This document shows, piece by piece, positions 30,155 through 41,044 of a stretch of 64,000 nt of DNA. Within the stretch, counting starts at the first letter, position 1, and every line of letters starts with the position of its first letter. A program made the translations under genes and the position numbers. The notes below the pieces were generated by a model. The model ran no database searches. It saw only the letters and a list, made by a program, of their open reading frames with translations, and had not been told where the DNA came from. Source of the stretch: Candidatus Methylomirabilia bacterium (GTDB lineage: Bacteria > Methylomirabilota > Methylomirabilia > Rokubacteriales > CSP1-6); contig JBGQHJ010000006.1 of the NCBI GenBank assembly GCA_041497895.1, forward strand, positions 1 through 64,000, written 5' to 3'.

Positions 30155-32590
30155 GTGACCGGTAGCGCCCGCGCGGTCATCGTCGGGGGTGGGATCGTCG
30201 GGACGAGTGTCGCGTATCACCTGACCCGACTCGGCTGGCGCGACGTGGTGCTGCTCGAGCAGGGGAGCCTCTCGGGCGGCACCACGTGGCACGCGGCGGG
30301 GCTGGTCGGCCAGCTCCGCTCCTCGAGCAACCTCACCCGGCTCATCCGCTACAGCGTGGACCTCTACAGCCGGCTCGAGGCGGAGACCGGGCAGTCCACC
30401 GGCTGGAAGCAGTGCGGGAGCGTGAGTGTCGCACGTAGTACTGAGCGAATGATCCAGCTCCGGCGCAACGCCTCGGTGGCCAACGCCTACGGCATCGAGG
30501 CCCACGTGATCTCGCGGGAGGAGGCGGGGCGGCGCTACCCGCTCATGCGCACCGACGACCTGGTCGGCGCGGTGTGGATCCCGGGCGACGGCAAGGCCAA
30601 TCCCGCCGACGTGACGCAGGCCCTGGCCCGCGGCGCGCGCGCGGGCGGCGCCGAGCTGCGGGAGGGCGTGAAGGTCACCGGGGTGCGGATCGAGCGCGGG
30701 GCGGTCGCGGGCGTCGAGACGTCGGCGGGGCCCATCGCCACCTCGATCCTGGTGAACTGCGCGGGGATGTGGGCCCGTGAGCTCGGACGGATGAGCGGCG
30801 TGACCGTCCCGCTGCACGCCTGCGAGCACATGTACATCGTGACCCAGCCCATCGCGGGGATCTCGTCCGACCTCCCGGTGCTCCGCGACCCGGACGGTCA
30901 CGTCTACGTCAAGGAGGAGGTGGGCGGCCTCCTGATGGGCGGCTTCGATCCGTGGGCCAAGCCCTGGGGGACCGATCGCATCCCGGAGGGCTTCTCGTTC
31001 CAGACCCTCAAGGAGGACTGGGAGAAGTTCGAGATCCTGATGACCAACGCGGTAGAGCGCCTGCCCGCCCTCGAGACGGCGGAGGTGCGCACGTTCCTCA
31101 ACGGGCCCGAGTCCTTCACCCCCGACAACTACTTCATCCTGGGCGAGGCGCCCGAGGTGCGGCGCTACTACGTGGGCGCCGGTTTCTGCTCGGGCGGCAT
31201 CGCGGCGGCGGGCGGGGCGGGCCGCGCCCTCGCGGAGTGGATCGTGGACGACCGGCCGCCGATGGATCTCTGGCAGGCCGACATCCGGCGCTTCGCTCCC
31301 TTCCACGCCGACCCGCGCTTCCTGCGCGAGCGGGTCAGCGAGATCGTGGGGGTGCACTACAACATCGCGTTCCCGAACCGCGAGCTCACGAGCGGCCGGG
31401 GCGTGCGACGCTCTCCGCTCCACGAGCGCCTGCGTGCGCGCCGCGCCGCCTTCGGGGCCAAGATGGGCTGGGAGCGGGCCAACTGGTTCGCACCCGAGGG
31501 TGTCGAGCCGGAGACCGTCTACTCGTTCGGCCGCCAGAACTGGTTTCCCTACGCGGCGGCGGAGCACCGGGCCGCGCGCGAGGCGGTGGCGATCTTCGAC
31601 CAGACGTCGTTCGCCAAGCTCCTGGTTCAGGGGGTGGACGCGGAGGCGGCTCTCCAGCGCCTGTGCGCCAACGACGTGGGCGTGCCGCCGGGCCACATCG
31701 TGTACACCGGTATGCTGAACGAGCAGGGAGGCTACGAGAGCGACCTCACGGTCACCCGGCTGGCCGCGGACGCCTACCTGGTCGTCACCGGATCGGCCCA
31801 GAGCACGCGCGACCTCGACTGGATCCGGCGCCACCTGCCCGCCGGCGCGCGCGTCACGGTTGCCGACGTGACCGACGCGTGGGCGGTGCTCGGGGTGATG
31901 GGCCCGCGCTCGCGCGAGCTGCTGCGCCGCGTGTGCCGCGCCGACCTCGGCAACGCCGCGTTCCCGTTCGGCGCCTCCCGGGACATCCCGATCGGGTCGG
32001 CCGCGGTGCGCGCCTCCCGCATCACCTACGTGGGCGAGCTCGGCTGGGAGCTCTACGTGCCGGTCACGGAGGCTCCGGGCGTGTACGATGTCCTGTGGGA
32101 GCGCGGCCGGGATCTCGGGCTGCGTGACGCCGGCTACTACGCCATGGACTCGCTGCGCTGCGAGAAGGCATACCGGGCCTGGGGCCGCGAGGTCACCACG
32201 GAGGACACGCCCTGGGAGGCGGGCCTCGGGTTCGCGGTGCGGCTCGACAAGGCGATCCCGTTCATCGGCCGCGAGGCCTTGCTGAGCCGGCGGGGCCAGC
32301 CGCTCACGAAGCGACTGCTGACCTTCGTGCTCGAGGACCCCGCCGCGCTGCCGTGGGGCGACGAGCCGATCCTGCGCGACGGGCGCGTGGTGGGGGCGGT
32401 GACCTCGGCCGCGTTCGGCCACACGCTCGGCCGGGCGGTGGCGATGGGATACGTGCGCGAGCCCGCGGGCGTGGACGAGCGGTACATCGAGACCGGGGCC
32501 TTCGCCCTCGACGTCGGCGGCGAGCGAATGCCGGCGCGGGCGAGCCTCGCCGCCCCCTACGACCCGCGCGGGCTCCGGATCAAGAGCTGA
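30155..32590 (+). CDS. Dimethylglycine/sarcosine dehydrogenase-like FAD oxidoreductase with GcvT folate-binding domains
   Basis: GGGIVG, GTTWHAAG, NGPESFTPD, RITYVGELGWELY and SLRCEK; 811 aa. Confidence 0.9.
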   Translation: MTGSARAVIVGGGIVGTSVAYHLTRLGWRDVVLLEQGSLSGGTTWHAAGLVGQLRSSSNLTRLIRYSVDLYSRLEAETGQSTGWKQCGSVSVARSTERMIQLRRNASVANAYGIEAHVISREEAGRRYPLMRTDDLVGAVWIPGDGKANPADVTQALARGARAGGAELREGVKVTGVRIERGAVAGVETSAGPIATSILVNCAGMWARELGRMSGVTVPLHACEHMYIVTQPIAGISSDLPVLRDPDGHVYVKEEVGGLLMGGFDPWAKPWGTDRIPEGFSFQTLKEDWEKFEILMTNAVERLPALETAEVRTFLNGPESFTPDNYFILGEAPEVRRYYVGAGFCSGGIAAAGGAGRALAEWIVDDRPPMDLWQADIRRFAPFHADPRFLRERVSEIVGVHYNIAFPNRELTSGRGVRRSPLHERLRARRAAFGAKMGWERANWFAPEGVEPETVYSFGRQNWFPYAAAEHRAAREAVAIFDQTSFAKLLVQGVDAEAALQRLCANDVGVPPGHIVYTGMLNEQGGYESDLTVTRLAADAYLVVTGSAQSTRDLDWIRRHLPAGARVTVADVTDAWAVLGVMGPRSRELLRRVCRADLGNAAFPFGASRDIPIGSAAVRASRITYVGELGWELYVPVTEAPGVYDVLWERGRDLGLRDAGYYAMDSLRCEKAYRAWGREVTTEDTPWEAGLGFAVRLDKAIPFIGREALLSRRGQPLTKRLLTFVLEDPAALPWGDEPILRDGRVVGAVTSAAFGHTLGRAVAMGYVREPAGVDERYIETGAFALDVGGERMPARASLAAPYDPRGLRIKS

Positions 32591-32618
32591 GCCAGGCAAC
32601 CGGAAAGGATCGAGCGCC

Positions 32619-33749
32619 ATGGACCGGACGCACCGCGAGCCGTTTCTGCTGACCCCGGGGCCGCTGACCACGACCCGCGCGACCAAGGAGGCGATGCTGC
32701 GCGACTGGGGCTCGCGCGACGGCGAGTTCATCGCCATGAACGCGCGGGTGCGCCGGCGCCTGCTCGAGCTGGTCTCGGGCGACGGCAGCCACGTGTGCGT
32801 GCCGCTCCAGGGCAGCGGGACGTTCATCGTGGAGGCGATGATCGGCACCCTGGTGCCGCCCCAGGGCAAGCTCCTGGTGCTGGTCAACGGCGCCTACGGC
32901 CGGCGCATGGTCCGCATGTGCGAGTACTACCGGCGCGCCTGCGTGGCGCAGGAGACGCCCGAGGACCAGCCGGCCGATCCGGCCGCGCTCGACGCGGCGC
33001 TCGCCCGGGATCCCGCGGTGACCCACGTGGTGGTGGTGCACTGCGAGACCACCTCGGGCGTGCTGAACCCGGTCGAGGAGATCGCGGCGGTGACCGGGCA
33101 GAGGGGCCGGCGACTCCTGATCGACGCGATGAGCGCGTTCGGCGCCATCCCGCTCGACGCCCGGCGCGTCGCCTTCGACGCGGTGGTCGCCTCCGCCAAC
33201 AAGTGCCTCGAGGGCGTGCCCGGCATGGGCTTCGCCATCGTGCGGCGGGAGGCGCTGGAGGAGGCGCGCGGCCAGGCCCCGTCCCTCAGCCTGGACCTCC
33301 ACGACCAGTGGACCGCGATGGAGAAGAACGGGCAGTGGCGCTTCACCCCACCCACTCACGTCATCGCGGCCCTCGACCGCGCACTCGACCAGCACGCCGC
33401 CGAGGGCGGCGTGGCGGGGCGGGGGGCGCGGTACCGCCGCAACTGCGCCCTGCTGGTGGAGGGCCTGCGCGCCATGGGCTTCGAGACCCTGCTGCCGGAC
33501 CGGCTGCAGGCCCCCATCATCGTCACGGTGCGGATGCCGGCCGATCCCAAGTTCCACTTCGAGACGTTCTACGAGCGGCTCAACCAGCGCGGCTACGTGA
33601 TCTACCCCGGCAAGCTCACGGTCGCCGACAGCTTCCGCATCGGCTGCATCGGCGCGCTGGGCGAGCCCGAGATGCGCGGGGTGCTGGCCGCCATCGCCGC
33701 CGTCCTCGGCGAGCTGGGCGTCGCCTCCGGCGCGCCCGCCCGGGCCTAG
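32619..33749 (+). CDS. phnW: 2-aminoethylphosphonate--pyruvate transaminase
   Basis: LLTPGPLTT, QGSGTF, HCETTSG, DAMSAFG, SANKCLEGVPG, QWRFTPPTHV and YPGKLT. Confidence 0.93.
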   Translation: MDRTHREPFLLTPGPLTTTRATKEAMLRDWGSRDGEFIAMNARVRRRLLELVSGDGSHVCVPLQGSGTFIVEAMIGTLVPPQGKLLVLVNGAYGRRMVRMCEYYRRACVAQETPEDQPADPAALDAALARDPAVTHVVVVHCETTSGVLNPVEEIAAVTGQRGRRLLIDAMSAFGAIPLDARRVAFDAVVASANKCLEGVPGMGFAIVRREALEEARGQAPSLSLDLHDQWTAMEKNGQWRFTPPTHVIAALDRALDQHAAEGGVAGRGARYRRNCALLVEGLRAMGFETLLPDRLQAPIIVTVRMPADPKFHFETFYERLNQRGYVIYPGKLTVADSFRIGCIGALGEPEMRGVLAAIAAVLGELGVASGAPARA

Positions 33750-33759
33750 GGAGGCCGCG

Positions 33760-34674
33760 ATGCGCTGGACGCGCGGGGAGCGTAGCCAGGACATCGAGGA
33801 TCGCCGCGGCGAGACCCCGTCGGGCGGCGGCATGGGCTTCCGCGTCGGCGGCGGCATCGGCCTCGGCGGCGCCCTGATCCTGCTCGTGCTGAGCCTGGTC
33901 TTCGGCCAGAATTTCTTCGCCCTCCTGGACGGCGGCGGTGACGTCTCCCCAGGGCCCGGTGGCGGCGCGGCCTCGGCCCCGCCACGGAAGGCGGGGCCGG
34001 CGGAGGAGCAGCGCGCCGACTTCGTGTCATTCGTGCTCGACGACGTGCAGAACACGTGGACCCGCGAGTTCCAGCGCATGGGGCGTGATTACGACCGCGC
34101 GCGCCTCGTGCTGTTCACCGGCGGCACCCGCTCCGGCTGCGGATTCGCGGAGGCCGCGGCCGGGCCCTTCTACTGTCCGGAGGACCGCAAGGTCTACATC
34201 GACCTGGGCTTCTACGACGACCTCCGGAACCGCTTCGGGGCCCCCGGCGACTTCGCGCAGGCGTACGTGCTGGCCCACGAGATCGGCCACCACGTCCAGC
34301 ACCTGCTGGGCCTGACCGATCAGGTGCGCGCCGGCCAGGAGCGCCGCCCGGCGAGCGCGAACGCCCTTTCGGTCCGGCTCGAGCTACAGGCCGACTGCCT
34401 GGCCGGGGTCTGGGCCCACTCGACCGGAGAGCGGCGGCTGCTCGAGGAGGGTGACGTGGAGGAGGCTCTGGGCGCCGCCTCCGCGGTCGGAGACGATCGG
34501 ATCCAGAAGCAGGCCGGCGGTCGCGTCAGCCCCGAGACCTGGACGCACGGGTCGGCCCGCCAGCGCGCCGGCTGGCTCCGCCGCGGCCTCGAGGCGGGGC
34601 GCGTCGAGTCCTGCGACACCTTCCGCACCGCGCTGCCGGGCGTGGAGGAGCGGGCCCCCCTGCGCTCCCGCTGA
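33760..34674 (+). CDS. Neutral zinc metallopeptidase (YpfJ family)
   Basis: GPFYCPED, YVLAHEIGHHVQ, ELQADCLAG and THGS. Confidence 0.9.
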   Translation: MRWTRGERSQDIEDRRGETPSGGGMGFRVGGGIGLGGALILLVLSLVFGQNFFALLDGGGDVSPGPGGGAASAPPRKAGPAEEQRADFVSFVLDDVQNTWTREFQRMGRDYDRARLVLFTGGTRSGCGFAEAAAGPFYCPEDRKVYIDLGFYDDLRNRFGAPGDFAQAYVLAHEIGHHVQHLLGLTDQVRAGQERRPASANALSVRLELQADCLAGVWAHSTGERRLLEEGDVEEALGAASAVGDDRIQKQAGGRVSPETWTHGSARQRAGWLRRGLEAGRVESCDTFRTALPGVEERAPLRSR

Positions 34675-34716
34675 CCCGGCCGGTCCTCGGCGGCGGTGTG
34701 TTAGACTCCCCGCGAC

Positions 34717-35715
34717 ATGGAGGTCCTGCTCGACGTCCGTGATCTCCGCACCCACTTTCACACCTCGGCCGGCGTGGTCCGCGCGGTGGACGGTGTGTCG
34801 TGGGACGTTCGCAAGGGCGAGACGGTCGCGCTCGTCGGCGAATCGGGTTGCGGCAAGTCGGTCAGCGCGCTCTCGGTCATGCGGCTGGTGTCGGCGCCCG
34901 CCGGGCGCATCGTGGGCGGCGAGATCATCTTCAAGGGGCGCAACCTCCTCGCCCTGTCCGAGGAGGAGATGCGCCGGGTGCGAGGGCGGGAGATCGGGAT
35001 GATCTTCCAGGAGCCCATGACCTCGCTCAACCCGGTGCTCACCATCGGCCGCCAGCTCACCGAGACCGTCGAGACCCACCTCGGCATGACGGGCGCGCAG
35101 GCTCAAGCCCGGGCGGTGGAGCAGCTCTCGCTGGTCGGCATCGCGGACGGCGCGCGTCGTCTCCGCCAGTTTCCGCACCAGTTCAGCGGGGGGATGCGGC
35201 AGCGGATCATGATCGCGATGGCGCTGGCCTGCAACCCGGACCTGGTCCTGGCCGACGAGCCCACCACCGCGCTCGACGTGACCATCCAGGCCCAGATCCT
35301 CGAGCTGATGAAGAGCCTCTCGCGGCGGCTCGGGGTGGCGATCATGATGATCACGCACAACCTCGGGGTGGTGGCGCGGTACGCCGACCGGGTCAACGTG
35401 ATGTACGCGGGCAAGATCGTGGAGCGGGCGACCGCGCGCGAGATCTACGCCAACCCGCGGCACCCGTACACCCTGGGCCTGCTGCGCTCGGTGCCGCGCC
35501 TGGACGAGCCGCGCCGGGCGAAGCTCCAGCCCATTCCCGGCCAGCCGCCCGATCTCTCGCGGCTGCCCGCCGGCTGCTCCTTCGCTCCCCGCTGCGCCTA
35601 CGCCATCGACCGGTGCCGGCAGGAGCAGCCGCCGCTAGAGCCGGTCACCGCCGAGCACCTCTCGGCCTGCTGGCTCGCCAAGGACCTCCAGACCCAAACC
35701 CCGGTCCCTGCCTGA
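34717..35715 (+). CDS. Oligopeptide/dipeptide ABC ATPase, OppD/DppD type
   Basis: [26 protein letters not shown] and C-terminal Cys cluster. Confidence 0.93.
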   Translation: MEVLLDVRDLRTHFHTSAGVVRAVDGVSWDVRKGETVALVGESGCGKSVSALSVMRLVSAPAGRIVGGEIIFKGRNLLALSEEEMRRVRGREIGMIFQEPMTSLNPVLTIGRQLTETVETHLGMTGAQAQARAVEQLSLVGIADGARRLRQFPHQFSGGMRQRIMIAMALACNPDLVLADEPTTALDVTIQAQILELMKSLSRRLGVAIMMITHNLGVVARYADRVNVMYAGKIVERATAREIYANPRHPYTLGLLRSVPRLDEPRRAKLQPIPGQPPDLSRLPAGCSFAPRCAYAIDRCRQEQPPLEPVTAEHLSACWLAKDLQTQTPVPA

Positions 35716-35799
35716 CGAGATGACCCCCGGCGAACGGACGCCCCGATCGACTTGCTGGAGCTCGAGGGACGTTCGTATGCCGATGGAGCGCACGCCCCG

Positions 35800-36819
35800 A
35801 TGAGCCCGCAGGGCGAAGAGGCCCCGACGCAGCGCTCCAAGGCTTCGCCGGAGCCGATTCTGATAGTCCGGAACCTCGTGAAGCATTTCCAGGTCGGCGG
35901 GGGGCTCTTCGGCGGCGCGCCCGCGGTGGTCAAGGCGGTGGACGGCGTGAGCTTCCAGATCCAGCGCGGGGAGACCCTGGGCCTGGTCGGCGAGTCCGGC
36001 TGTGGCAAGACTACCACCGGGCGGTGCATCCTCCGCCTCGAGCCGCCGACGAGCGGGGAGGTCATCTTCGAGGGCCGGGACCTGGCCAAGCTCTCGGATT
36101 CGGACCTGCGCGGCGTGCGCCGCCGCATGCAGGTGATCTTCCAGGACCCCTATAGCTCGCTCAACCCCCGCATGACGGTGGGCCAGATCATCGCCGAGCC
36201 GCTCAGCGTGCACGGCATCGTGCCGGACCGCACCGCCCGCGCGGCCCGGGTGCAAGATTTGCTCCGCCACGCGGGCCTGCTCCCGGCCATGGCGCGCCGC
36301 TACCCCCACGAGCTGTCGGGGGGCCAGCGTCAGCGGGTGGGTATCGCTCGGGCGCTCGCCATGGAGCCGAGCCTGATCGTCTGCGACGAGCCGGTCTCGG
36401 CCCTCGACGTGTCGATCCAGGCCCAGATCATCAACCTGCTGGAGGAGCTCCAGGCGGAGTTCGGGCTGACCTACCTGTTCGTGGCCCACGATCTCTCGGT
36501 GGTGCGCCACATCTCTGACCGGGTGGCGGTCATGTACCTGGGCAAGATCGTGGAGATCACCGACCGGAAGGCGCTCTACGAGGACCCGCTGCACCCCTAC
36601 ACCCGGGCCCTCCTCTCGGCGGTACCCATCCCGGACCCGGCCGTCGAGGCCAAGCGCGAGCACGTGGTGCTGGGCGGCGAGGTGCCGAGCCCGCTCAACC
36701 CGCCCTCGGGCTGCGTGTTCCACCCGCGATGCCCCATCGCGGTGCCCGAGTGTCGGACCCTGGTCCCCGATCTGCGGGAGGTCAGGCCCGGCCACCACGC
36801 CGCCTGCATCCGGGTGTAG
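35800..36819 (+). CDS. Oligopeptide/dipeptide ABC ATPase, OppF/DppF type (start uncertain)
   Basis: [28 protein letters not shown] and GCVFHPRC. Confidence 0.92.
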   Translation: MSPQGEEAPTQRSKASPEPILIVRNLVKHFQVGGGLFGGAPAVVKAVDGVSFQIQRGETLGLVGESGCGKTTTGRCILRLEPPTSGEVIFEGRDLAKLSDSDLRGVRRRMQVIFQDPYSSLNPRMTVGQIIAEPLSVHGIVPDRTARAARVQDLLRHAGLLPAMARRYPHELSGGQRQRVGIARALAMEPSLIVCDEPVSALDVSIQAQIINLLEELQAEFGLTYLFVAHDLSVVRHISDRVAVMYLGKIVEITDRKALYEDPLHPYTRALLSAVPIPDPAVEAKREHVVLGGEVPSPLNPPSGCVFHPRCPIAVPECRTLVPDLREVRPGHHAACIRV

Positions 36820-36837
36820 CCCGGGCGGCCCCGAGCC

Positions 36838-36867
36838 TTGACAGGGGGGAGGCGGGCGCCGTAAAGT
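36838..36867 (+). promoter_or_regulatory. Internal sigma70-type promoter for the substrate-binding protein
   Basis: TTGACA-N18-TAAAGT; GGAGGT RBS before ATG 36955. Confidence 0.65.
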
Positions 36868-36954
36868 AGCGCCGTTCGAACCGGAACCAAGACCTACCTT
36901 GACCGATTGATTCCTCAAACGCCCCAGTAGCAAATCTCATCGGGGAGGTGGCTC

Positions 36955-38562
36955 ATGCGCGATCGGACCATGTGGCTCGTCTCTGCTCTCGTCGCCTTCG
37001 CTTTCGTGGTGTCGGCCGGCTGGGGAGCACCAGCCTTCGCCCAGGACAAGCCACGCTATGGCGGCGAGCTCATCTTCGTGGTGCCCTCGGAGCCACCCTC
37101 CTACGACGCGCACCAGGAGGAAACCTTTGGGCTTATCCACCCGACCGCCCCGCACTACAACACGCTGATGCGGGTGGACCCGTTCGACAAGACCGGGACG
37201 AAGCCGGTCGGTGACCTCGCCGAGTCCTGGACGATCTCCAAGGACGGCCTCGTCTACACCTTCAAGCTCCACAAGGGGGTGAAGTTCCACGACGGTGCCG
37301 AGATGACGTCGAAGGACGTCAAGGCCTCCTACGACCGGATCATCTTCCCGCCCGCGGGGATCAAGTCGCTGCGCAAGGAGTCCTATGCCGCGGTGGAGGT
37401 GGTGGAGGCGCCGGACCCATACAGCGTGCGCTTTCGCCTGAAGTATCCGGAGTCGTCGTTGCTCCTGAATCTCGCCTCGCCCTGGAACTGGATCTACAAG
37501 GCGGACATCCTGGCGAAGGACCAGCACTGGTACGAGACGCACGTGATGGGCACGGGGCCCTTCACCTTCGTCACGCACGTCAAGGGCTCGGAGTGGGTGG
37601 GCAAGCGCAATCCGAACTACTGGGACAAGGGCAAGCCCTACCTCGACGGCTACCGTGCGCTGTTCGTGACGTCGTCCGCGCAGCAGGTCGCCGCGGTCCG
37701 GGCCGGGCGAGCCCACATCCAGTTCCGGAGCTTCAGCCCGCCGGAGCGGGACCAGCTGGTCTCCGCCCTCGGTGACAAGATCACGGTGCAGGAGAGCCCC
37801 TGGGACTGCCTGAACTTCGTCTCGATGCATCACGAGAGGAAGCCGTTCGACGACAAGCGCGTGCGCCGGGCCCTCTCCCTGGCCCTCGATCGCTACGAGG
37901 GATCCAAGAACCTCTCCAAGATCACGCTCGTGAAGGACGTGGCCGGCATCCAGGTGCCGGGCACCCCGTACGCGACGCCCCCGGCCGAGCTCGAGAAGCT
38001 CGCGGGCTACGGGCACGACATCGCGGCGAACCGCGCCGAAGCCAAGCGGCTGCTCCGCGAGGCTGGGGTACCGGACGGCTTCTCGTTCACCTTCAAGAAC
38101 CGGGGTATCCCGCATCCCTACGAGCCGCTCGGCATCTGGCTCATCGATCAGTGGCGCCAGATCGGCCTCAACGTCAAGCAGGAGGTCGTGGAGCCCGCGG
38201 CGTACTACCCGATGCTCAAGCGGGGGGACTTCGAGGTGACGATGGATTTCCAGTGCGGGTTCATCGTGGAGCCGGATCTGGACCTGCCGCGCTTCGTGAG
38301 CAACTCGGACGCGAATTACGGCAAGCACAAGGACAAGGAGCTCGACGAGCTGTACCGCAAGCAGTCGCGCGCGGTCGACCCCGAAGAGCGGAAGAAGTAC
38401 GTCCGGGCCTTCGAGAAGCGCCTCCTCGACGAGGAGGCGCACGTGATCTACACGCTGCAGTGGCACCGGATCGTCGCGCACAGCGCCAAGGTCAAGGGGT
38501 GGACCATCACCCCGAGCCACTACCTGAACAACCAGCTGGACACGGTCTGGCTGACGGAGTAG
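36955..38562 (+). CDS. ABC substrate-binding protein, family 5
   Basis: Signal peptide; LAESWTISKDGLVYTFKLHKGVKFHDG, GTGPF and PFDDKRVRRA. Confidence 0.93.
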   Translation: MRDRTMWLVSALVAFAFVVSAGWGAPAFAQDKPRYGGELIFVVPSEPPSYDAHQEETFGLIHPTAPHYNTLMRVDPFDKTGTKPVGDLAESWTISKDGLVYTFKLHKGVKFHDGAEMTSKDVKASYDRIIFPPAGIKSLRKESYAAVEVVEAPDPYSVRFRLKYPESSLLLNLASPWNWIYKADILAKDQHWYETHVMGTGPFTFVTHVKGSEWVGKRNPNYWDKGKPYLDGYRALFVTSSAQQVAAVRAGRAHIQFRSFSPPERDQLVSALGDKITVQESPWDCLNFVSMHHERKPFDDKRVRRALSLALDRYEGSKNLSKITLVKDVAGIQVPGTPYATPPAELEKLAGYGHDIAANRAEAKRLLREAGVPDGFSFTFKNRGIPHPYEPLGIWLIDQWRQIGLNVKQEVVEPAAYYPMLKRGDFEVTMDFQCGFIVEPDLDLPRFVSNSDANYGKHKDKELDELYRKQSRAVDPEERKKYVRAFEKRLLDEEAHVIYTLQWHRIVAHSAKVKGWTITPSHYLNNQLDTVWLTE

Positions 38563-38570
38563 TCGAGCCC

Positions 38571-38604
38571 GCGGGGTCCGGGCCGCCGCCGGCCCGGACC
38601 CCGC
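38571..38604. other. 15-bp perfect stem-loop after the SBP gene (likely mRNA stabiliser or attenuator)
   Basis: GCGGGGTCCGGGCCG-CCGC-CGGCCCGGACCCCGC. Confidence 0.7.
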
Positions 38605-38617
38605 ACCATCGTGCCCC

Positions 38618-39571
38618 ATGTGGAAGTACCTGCTGAAGCGCTTCCTCCTGATGTTTCCCACCCTGTTCGGGGTGGCGGTGGTCACCTTTTTCCTCATTCG
38701 CGTCATCCCGGGCGACGTGGTGGAGCTGCGCCTGGCCGGAGAGCGCGGGTCGGTGTCGGACGATGTCCTCCGCCAGGAGCGGGCGCGCTTCGGCCTGGAC
38801 CAGCCGATCTGGAAGCAATTCGTGGTGTGGACGACCGGGGTCGCGCGGCTCGATTTCGGGACCTCGATGTGGACGGGCTCGCCGATCTGGGACGAGATCA
38901 AGCTGCGCTTCGCGCTGTCGCTGCAGGTGGCGGTGATGGCGACGGTGATCGCGGTCCTGCTGGCCCTGCCGCTCGGCGTGCTGGCCGCGCTGAAGCAGGA
39001 TACGTGGGTGGACTACGCGGTGCGGATCTTCTCGATCGCGGGCCTGGCCGTGCCGTCGTTCTGGCTCGGCATCCTCTTCATCCTCGCGTTCCTGATCATC
39101 TTCCGGTGGCTCCCGCCGATGGTCTACACTCCGTTCTGGGTGAATCCGTGGCAGAACATGCTGCAGCTCATCTGGCCCGCCCTCGCGGTCGGATACCGGT
39201 ACTCCGCGGTGGCGACCCGCATGACCCGGTCGGCGATGCTCGAGGTGCTGCGCGAGGACTATGTCCGGACCGCGCGCGCGAAGGGCCTGGGCCAGCGCCT
39301 GATCCTTGTCCGTCACGCGCTCAAGAACGCGATGCTCCCGGTGGTGACGGTTATCGCGCTCGAGTTCGCCTTCCTCATCGGCGGCCTCGTGGTCACCGAG
39401 CAGGTCTTCAACCTCAACGGCATCGGGCTGCTCCTTGTCCAGGCGGTCTCCCATCGGGACTACACGCTGATCCAGGCCCTCGTGATGCTGGTGGCCGGGA
39501 TCTTCATCGTGGTGAATTTCCTGATGGACGGCATGTACGCCTGGCTCGACCCCCGAATCCGCTACCGCTAG
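38618..39571 (+). CDS. ABC permease, OppB/DppB type
   Basis: DYVRTARAKGL, HALKNA and LDPRIRY. Confidence 0.93.
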   Translation: MWKYLLKRFLLMFPTLFGVAVVTFFLIRVIPGDVVELRLAGERGSVSDDVLRQERARFGLDQPIWKQFVVWTTGVARLDFGTSMWTGSPIWDEIKLRFALSLQVAVMATVIAVLLALPLGVLAALKQDTWVDYAVRIFSIAGLAVPSFWLGILFILAFLIIFRWLPPMVYTPFWVNPWQNMLQLIWPALAVGYRYSAVATRMTRSAMLEVLREDYVRTARAKGLGQRLILVRHALKNAMLPVVTVIALEFAFLIGGLVVTEQVFNLNGIGLLLVQAVSHRDYTLIQALVMLVAGIFIVVNFLMDGMYAWLDPRIRYR

Positions 39572-39574
39572 ACC

Positions 39575-40480
39575 ATGGCCATCACCTCACCCATCGACCA
39601 GACCGCGCCGCTCGAGACCGAGCCCTCCTCGGCCGCCCGCTGGTGGGCCGCGGCCCGGGACTTCGCGCGCCGGCGCACCCTGGGCGCGATCGGGGCGGTG
39701 GTGGTGCTCGGGATGATCGCGGTCGGGGTGCTGGCCGGGCCGCTCGCGCCGTACGATCCGCTCGCGGTCGACTTCGGGGCCATGCTGGCCGCGCCCAGCA
39801 CCGCGCACTGGCTGGGGACCGACGCCTTCGGGCGCGACGTGCTGTCCCGGCTGATCCACGGCTCGCGGACCGCGCTCCTGGTGGGCTTCGGCTCCGCAGT
39901 GGTCGGCGCCACGCTCGGCGCCGTCATCGGCGTCGGGAGCGCCTACTTCGGCGGACGGCTCGACCTGCTGCTGCAGCGGTTCATGGACATCTTCCTGTCC
40001 TTCCCGCTGATCGTCCTGGCCTTGGCTCTGGTCGCGGTGCTCGGCAACAGCATCCCGAACGTGATCATGGCCATCACGGTCCCGATGATCCCGCGCGCCG
40101 CGCTCGTCATCCGGTCCTCCGCGCTGGCCATCCGCGAGATGCCCTACGTGGACGCGGCCCGGGCGGCTGGCTTCGGCCACGCCCGGATCATCCTGCGCCA
40201 CATGCTGCCGAACGTGATGGCCCCGTACCTCATCATGCTGACCGCCTTCCTCAGCCAGGCGATCTTGCTGGAGTCCTCGCTCTCCTTCCTGGGTCTCGGC
40301 GTGCAGGAGCCCACCGCCGCGTGGGGCCTGATGCTGCGGGGAGCCGCGGTGGACTTCGCGGAGGCCGCCCCGTGGATGGCCCTCTTCCCGGGCCTCGCCA
40401 TCAGCCTGGCCGTCTTCGCCTTCAACCTCTTCGGCGATTCGCTCCGGGACGCGCTCGACCCGAAGCTGCGCACGCTCTAG
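39575..40480 (+). CDS. ABC permease, OppC/DppC type
   Basis: HWLGTDAFGRD, YVDAARAAG and GDSLRDALDP. Confidence 0.93.
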   Translation: MAITSPIDQTAPLETEPSSAARWWAAARDFARRRTLGAIGAVVVLGMIAVGVLAGPLAPYDPLAVDFGAMLAAPSTAHWLGTDAFGRDVLSRLIHGSRTALLVGFGSAVVGATLGAVIGVGSAYFGGRLDLLLQRFMDIFLSFPLIVLALALVAVLGNSIPNVIMAITVPMIPRAALVIRSSALAIREMPYVDAARAAGFGHARIILRHMLPNVMAPYLIMLTAFLSQAILLESSLSFLGLGVQEPTAAWGLMLRGAAVDFAEAAPWMALFPGLAISLAVFAFNLFGDSLRDALDPKLRTL

Positions 40481-40495
40481 GGGCGGTCAAACGCC

Positions 40496-40524
40496 TTGAC
40501 ACGTGTGGGGCAAGTTGATAGAAG
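40496..40524 (+). promoter_or_regulatory. Sigma70-type promoter of the ferredoxin gene
   Basis: TTGACA-N17-TAGAAG with TG extension; AGGAGG RBS downstream. Confidence 0.6.
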
Positions 40525-40576
40525 TGTGAGGGTTTCGAGAGAGTTTCCCCGGGTGACCGGTTAACAGGAGGCCGGA

Positions 40577-40843
40577 ATGGCGTATATCATCGCTGAGCCC
40601 TGCATCAACGTGAAGGATAAGGCCTGCGTCGAGGTCTGCCCCGTGGATTGCATCTACGAGGGCGAGACCATGCTCTACATCCACCCGGATGAGTGCATCG
40701 ATTGCGGCGCCTGCGAGCCGGTCTGCCCGGTGAAGGCGATCTTCGCGGAAGACGAGACTCCCGCCAACTGGAAGAACTTCATCGAGCTGAACAAGCAGTT
40801 CTTCAAGGACAACCCGGGCGTCAAGCCGGCCACCAAGGCGTAG
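40577..40843 (+). CDS. 7Fe (3Fe-4S/4Fe-4S) ferredoxin, FdxA type
   Basis: CINVKDKACVEVCPVDC and CIDCGACEPVCP. Confidence 0.93.
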   Translation: MAYIIAEPCINVKDKACVEVCPVDCIYEGETMLYIHPDECIDCGACEPVCPVKAIFAEDETPANWKNFIELNKQFFKDNPGVKPATKA

Positions 40844-40869
40844 GCGACCCCGGTCCACCCGGCACCGTC

Positions 40870-40907
40870 ACCGGGAACCCGCCGCTCGGCGGGTTCCCGG
40901 TTTTTTT
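40870..40907 (+). terminator. Rho-independent terminator
   Basis: Long GC stem ACCGGGAACCCGCCG/CGGCGGGTTCCCGGT followed by a T7 run. Confidence 0.92.
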
Positions 40908-41015
40908 GTGGGGCTGCCCACGCGCGACGGCACGGCGCGCGCGGGGCTGCACACGTGCCGGTGCACGTCATGGTGCGAGTCCGGCGAATTTCGCCGTTTG
41001 CGCGCGGATCGCGCG

Positions 41016-41030
41016 TGGCACGGGCCTTGC
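41016..41030 (+). promoter_or_regulatory. Sigma54 (-24/-12) promoter
   Basis: TGGCACGGGCCTTGC matches TGGCACG-N4-TTGC. Confidence 0.8.
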
Positions 41031-41044
41031 CCTTATGCATTCGC

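Noticed and set aside
35716..35855. Atypical sequence before and within the oppF N-terminus as a third repeat family
   Set aside because: Single copy in the window and no clear terminal repeats; cannot be supported without a genome-wide search
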